From contig UQUC01000026.1 of NCBI GenBank assembly GCA_900544105.1, positions 1 to 24,000 on the forward strand: a stretch of DNA of 24,000 nt. Direction: 5' to 3'. The notes under the pieces were generated by a model. That model did no database searches. It was not told the DNA's origin and was given only the letters and a program-made list of their open reading frames with translations. Source of the stretch: an uncultured Oscillibacter sp. GTDB taxonomy: Bacteria; Bacillota; Clostridia; Oscillospirales; Oscillospiraceae. The translations under genes and the position numbers were made by a program. This document shows, one piece after another, positions 21,948 to 24,000 of the stretch; position 1 is the first letter of the stretch; every line of letters starts with the position of its first letter.

Positions 21948-24000
21948 ATGTCCGAGAAAATGTATCCCATTCCCTTCAAATCCCTGATGAATTGGGTAAT
22001 CACCGAGTACGTCGGCTGCGGCGACGTGTTCGGCGTGCATAAGCAGTACCACGCCACCGGCAAGAGCCTGCCCATCTTCGGCGAGCGCATCGAGACCCCC
22101 TTCGGCCCCGCCGCCGGTCCCAACAGCCAGCTGGCCCAGAACATCATCGCCGCCTATGCGGCCGGCGCCCGGTTCTTCGAGGTAAAGACCGTTCAGAAGA
22201 TGGACGGCGCTGATCTGGCCGCCTGTGTGCCCCGCCCCTGCATCCTGGCCAACGACGAGGGCTATAACCAGGAGTGGTCCACGGAGCTGACCGTTCCCCA
22301 GGCCATGGACGAGTATATCAAGGCCTGGTGCGCTCTGAAGGTCCTCAGCAAGGTCTACGGCTTCGGCGATCCCGACGGCTTCGTGTTCAACATGTCCGTG
22401 GGCTATGACCTGGAGGGCATCAAGGGCGAGAAGGTCAACACCTATATCGACGGTATGATGGACGCCCGCCGCACCGCCATTTTCGGCGAGTGCAAGGAGG
22501 TCCTGAAGGAGCTGTTCCCCCAGGAGACCGCCTTCATCGACGCCATCTCCCCCCGGGTGTCCCGCAGCGTCACTGTGTCCACCCTCCACGGCTGTCCCCC
22601 TGACGAGATCGAGCGCATCGCCAGCTACCTGATCTCCGAAAAGCACCTGCACACCTTCGTCAAGTGCAACCCCACCATCCTGGGCTACCAGACCGCCCGC
22701 CGCACCCTGGACTCCATGGGCTATGACTACATCGTCTTCGATGAGCACCATTTCAACGAGGATCTGCAGTGGGCCGACGCCGTGCCCATGTTTGAGCGCC
22801 TGCAGGCCCTGGCCGACAGCTGCGGCCTGGAGTTTGGCCTGAAGCTGTCCAACACCTTCCCGGTGGACACCACCCGTGGCGAGCTGCCCAACAACGAGAT
22901 GTACATGTCCGGCCGCAGCCTGTTCCCCCTGACCATCGAGATGTGCCACCGCATTTCCCGCCAGTTCAAGGGTAAGATGCGCATCTCCTTCGCCGGCGGC
23001 GCGGAGTATTTCAACTGCGACAAGCTGTTTGCCGCAGGCATCTGGCCCATCACCGTGGCCACCACCATCCTCAAGCCCGGCGGATACAACCGCCTGCACC
23101 AGATGGTGGAGAAGGTGGAGCCCATGGCATACCGTCCCTTCTCCGGCACGGACACCCAGGCCATCTGCCAGATGTCCGCCGCCAGTCACACCGATGTTCA
23201 CCACGTCAAGCCCATCAAGCCCCTGCCCAGCCGCAAGAGCGACAAGCAGGTGCCCTGGATGGACTGCTTTACCGCTCCCTGCCAGGGCGGCTGCCCCATC
23301 CACCAGGATATCCCCGAGTATATGGAGCTGTGCCGCAAGGGCCTGTATGCCCCGGCCCTGAAGCTCATCACCCAGAAGAACCCCCTGCCCTTCCTGACCG
23401 GCACCATCTGCGCCCACCGGTGTCAGACCAAGTGTTCCCGGAACTTCTATGACGAGTCCGTCCGCATCCGGGATACCAAGCTGCTGGCCGCCGAAAAGGG
23501 CTACAACGCCCTGATGGCCTCCATCCGGCCCACCGAGAAGGTCTCCGGCAAGAAGGCCGCCATCATCGGCGGCGGCCCCACCGGCATCGCCGCGGCCTAT
23601 TTCCTGGCCCGGGCCGGTATCGAGACCACCATTTTCGAGCGGGAGAGCTGCCTGGGCGGCGTGCCCCGGCACGTGATCCCCTCCTTCCGCATCGCCAACG
23701 AGACCATCGAGAAGGACATCGCCTTGATGGAGAAGTACGGCGTGGACGTCCGCTGCGGCGCGCCTGCCCCCTCCGTCACCGAGCTGAAGGCCATGGGCTA
23801 CACCCATATCCTGTTCGCCGTGGGCGCCTGGAAGCCCGGCAAGCTGGAGATCGCCGGTGATGTGGCCGGGGCCATCCAGTGGATGAAGGGCGTCAAGGCC
23901 GGCAACATCGCCGTGGGCGGCAGCATTGCCGTCGTCGGCGGCGGCAACACCGCCATGGATGCCGCCCGTCTGGCCAAGCGGTCCGGTGCCAAGCAGGTGA
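21948..24000 (+). CDS. ygfK: YgfK-family oxidoreductase (putative selenate reductase subunit YgfK-like), 5' partial that runs off the window
   Basis: It is not in the ORF track because it has no stop in the window. Hand translation from ATG 21948 (AAAAAGGAGGA upstream) gives MSEKMYPIPFKSLMNWVITEY...FGPAAGPNSQLAQNIIAAY...FFEVKTVQ.... It has a Cys cluster CFTAPCQGGCPIHQDIPEY. GltD-like dinucleotide motifs are KKAAIIGGGPTGIAAAYFLARAG and IAVVGGGNTAMDAAR. The N-terminus closely resembles E. coli YgfK as I recall it. Confidence 0.8.
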   Translation, partial: MSEKMYPIPFKSLMNWVITEYVGCGDVFGVHKQYHATGKSLPIFGERIETPFGPAAGPNSQLAQNIIAAYAAGARFFEVKTVQKMDGADLAACVPRPCILANDEGYNQEWSTELTVPQAMDEYIKAWCALKVLSKVYGFGDPDGFVFNMSVGYDLEGIKGEKVNTYIDGMMDARRTAIFGECKEVLKELFPQETAFIDAISPRVSRSVTVSTLHGCPPDEIERIASYLISEKHLHTFVKCNPTILGYQTARRTLDSMGYDYIVFDEHHFNEDLQWADAVPMFERLQALADSCGLEFGLKLSNTFPVDTTRGELPNNEMYMSGRSLFPLTIEMCHRISRQFKGKMRISFAGGAEYFNCDKLFAAGIWPITVATTILKPGGYNRLHQMVEKVEPMAYRPFSGTDTQAICQMSAASHTDVHHVKPIKPLPSRKSDKQVPWMDCFTAPCQGGCPIHQDIPEYMELCRKGLYAPALKLITQKNPLPFLTGTICAHRCQTKCSRNFYDESVRIRDTKLLAAEKGYNALMASIRPTEKVSGKKAAIIGGGPTGIAAAYFLARAGIETTIFERESCLGGVPRHVIPSFRIANETIEKDIALMEKYGVDVRCGAPAPSVTELKAMGYTHILFAVGAWKPGKLEIAGDVAGAIQWMKGVKAGNIAVGGSIAVVGGGNTAMDAARLAKRSGAKQV

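Noticed and set aside
20548-23807. Minus-strand ORFs 20548-21855 (435 aa) and 21699-23807 (702 aa).
   Set aside because: They are shadows of ssnA and of the + strand ygfK-like gene. The ygfK gene is missing from the track only because it has no stop within the window. Hand translation of the + strand gives clear SsnA and YgfK signatures.

Overview
The window appears to come from a high-GC Firmicute chromosome of the Clostridia/Oscillospiraceae type. That call is inferred from strong AGGAGG ribosome-binding sites, G/C-rich third codon positions and gene content. It splits into three parts.

(1) 1-12002 is a putative ~12-kb mobile element. It is bounded by a 24-bp inverted repeat: positions 1-24 match the reverse complement of 11979-12002 at 23 of 24 positions. 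It carries two small hypothetical genes, an AT-rich XRE-regulator cassette flanked by two identical hairpins, and an ISL3-family DDE transposase with a coupled small ribbon-helix-helix (RHH) gene. It also carries a complete Type I restriction-modification operon (hsdM-hsdS ... hsdR) followed by a 55-aa RHH gene. Three AT-rich genes sit between hsdS and hsdR: a SieB-like 2-TM protein, a small 3-TM protein and a TIR-like (DUF1863/ThsB-like) protein. I consider this R-M-embedded trio the best candidate for an undescribed anti-phage module.

(2) 12003-18520 is a GC-rich, translationally coupled six-gene operon with no function I can assign. It encodes a small protein, a 726-aa helical protein, a kinase-fold protein with degenerate catalytic motifs, a Sel1-repeat/TM protein, a polytopic membrane protein and a membrane-anchored transglutaminase-like Cys protease.

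(3) 18560-24000 is housekeeping. gdhA lies on the minus strand. Divergent from it is an ssnA-ygfK (purine/selenium-linked) operon preceded by a leader that contains an intrinsic-terminator-like hairpin. ygfK runs off the window end.

All domain calls come from motif recognition by eye. No searches were run.
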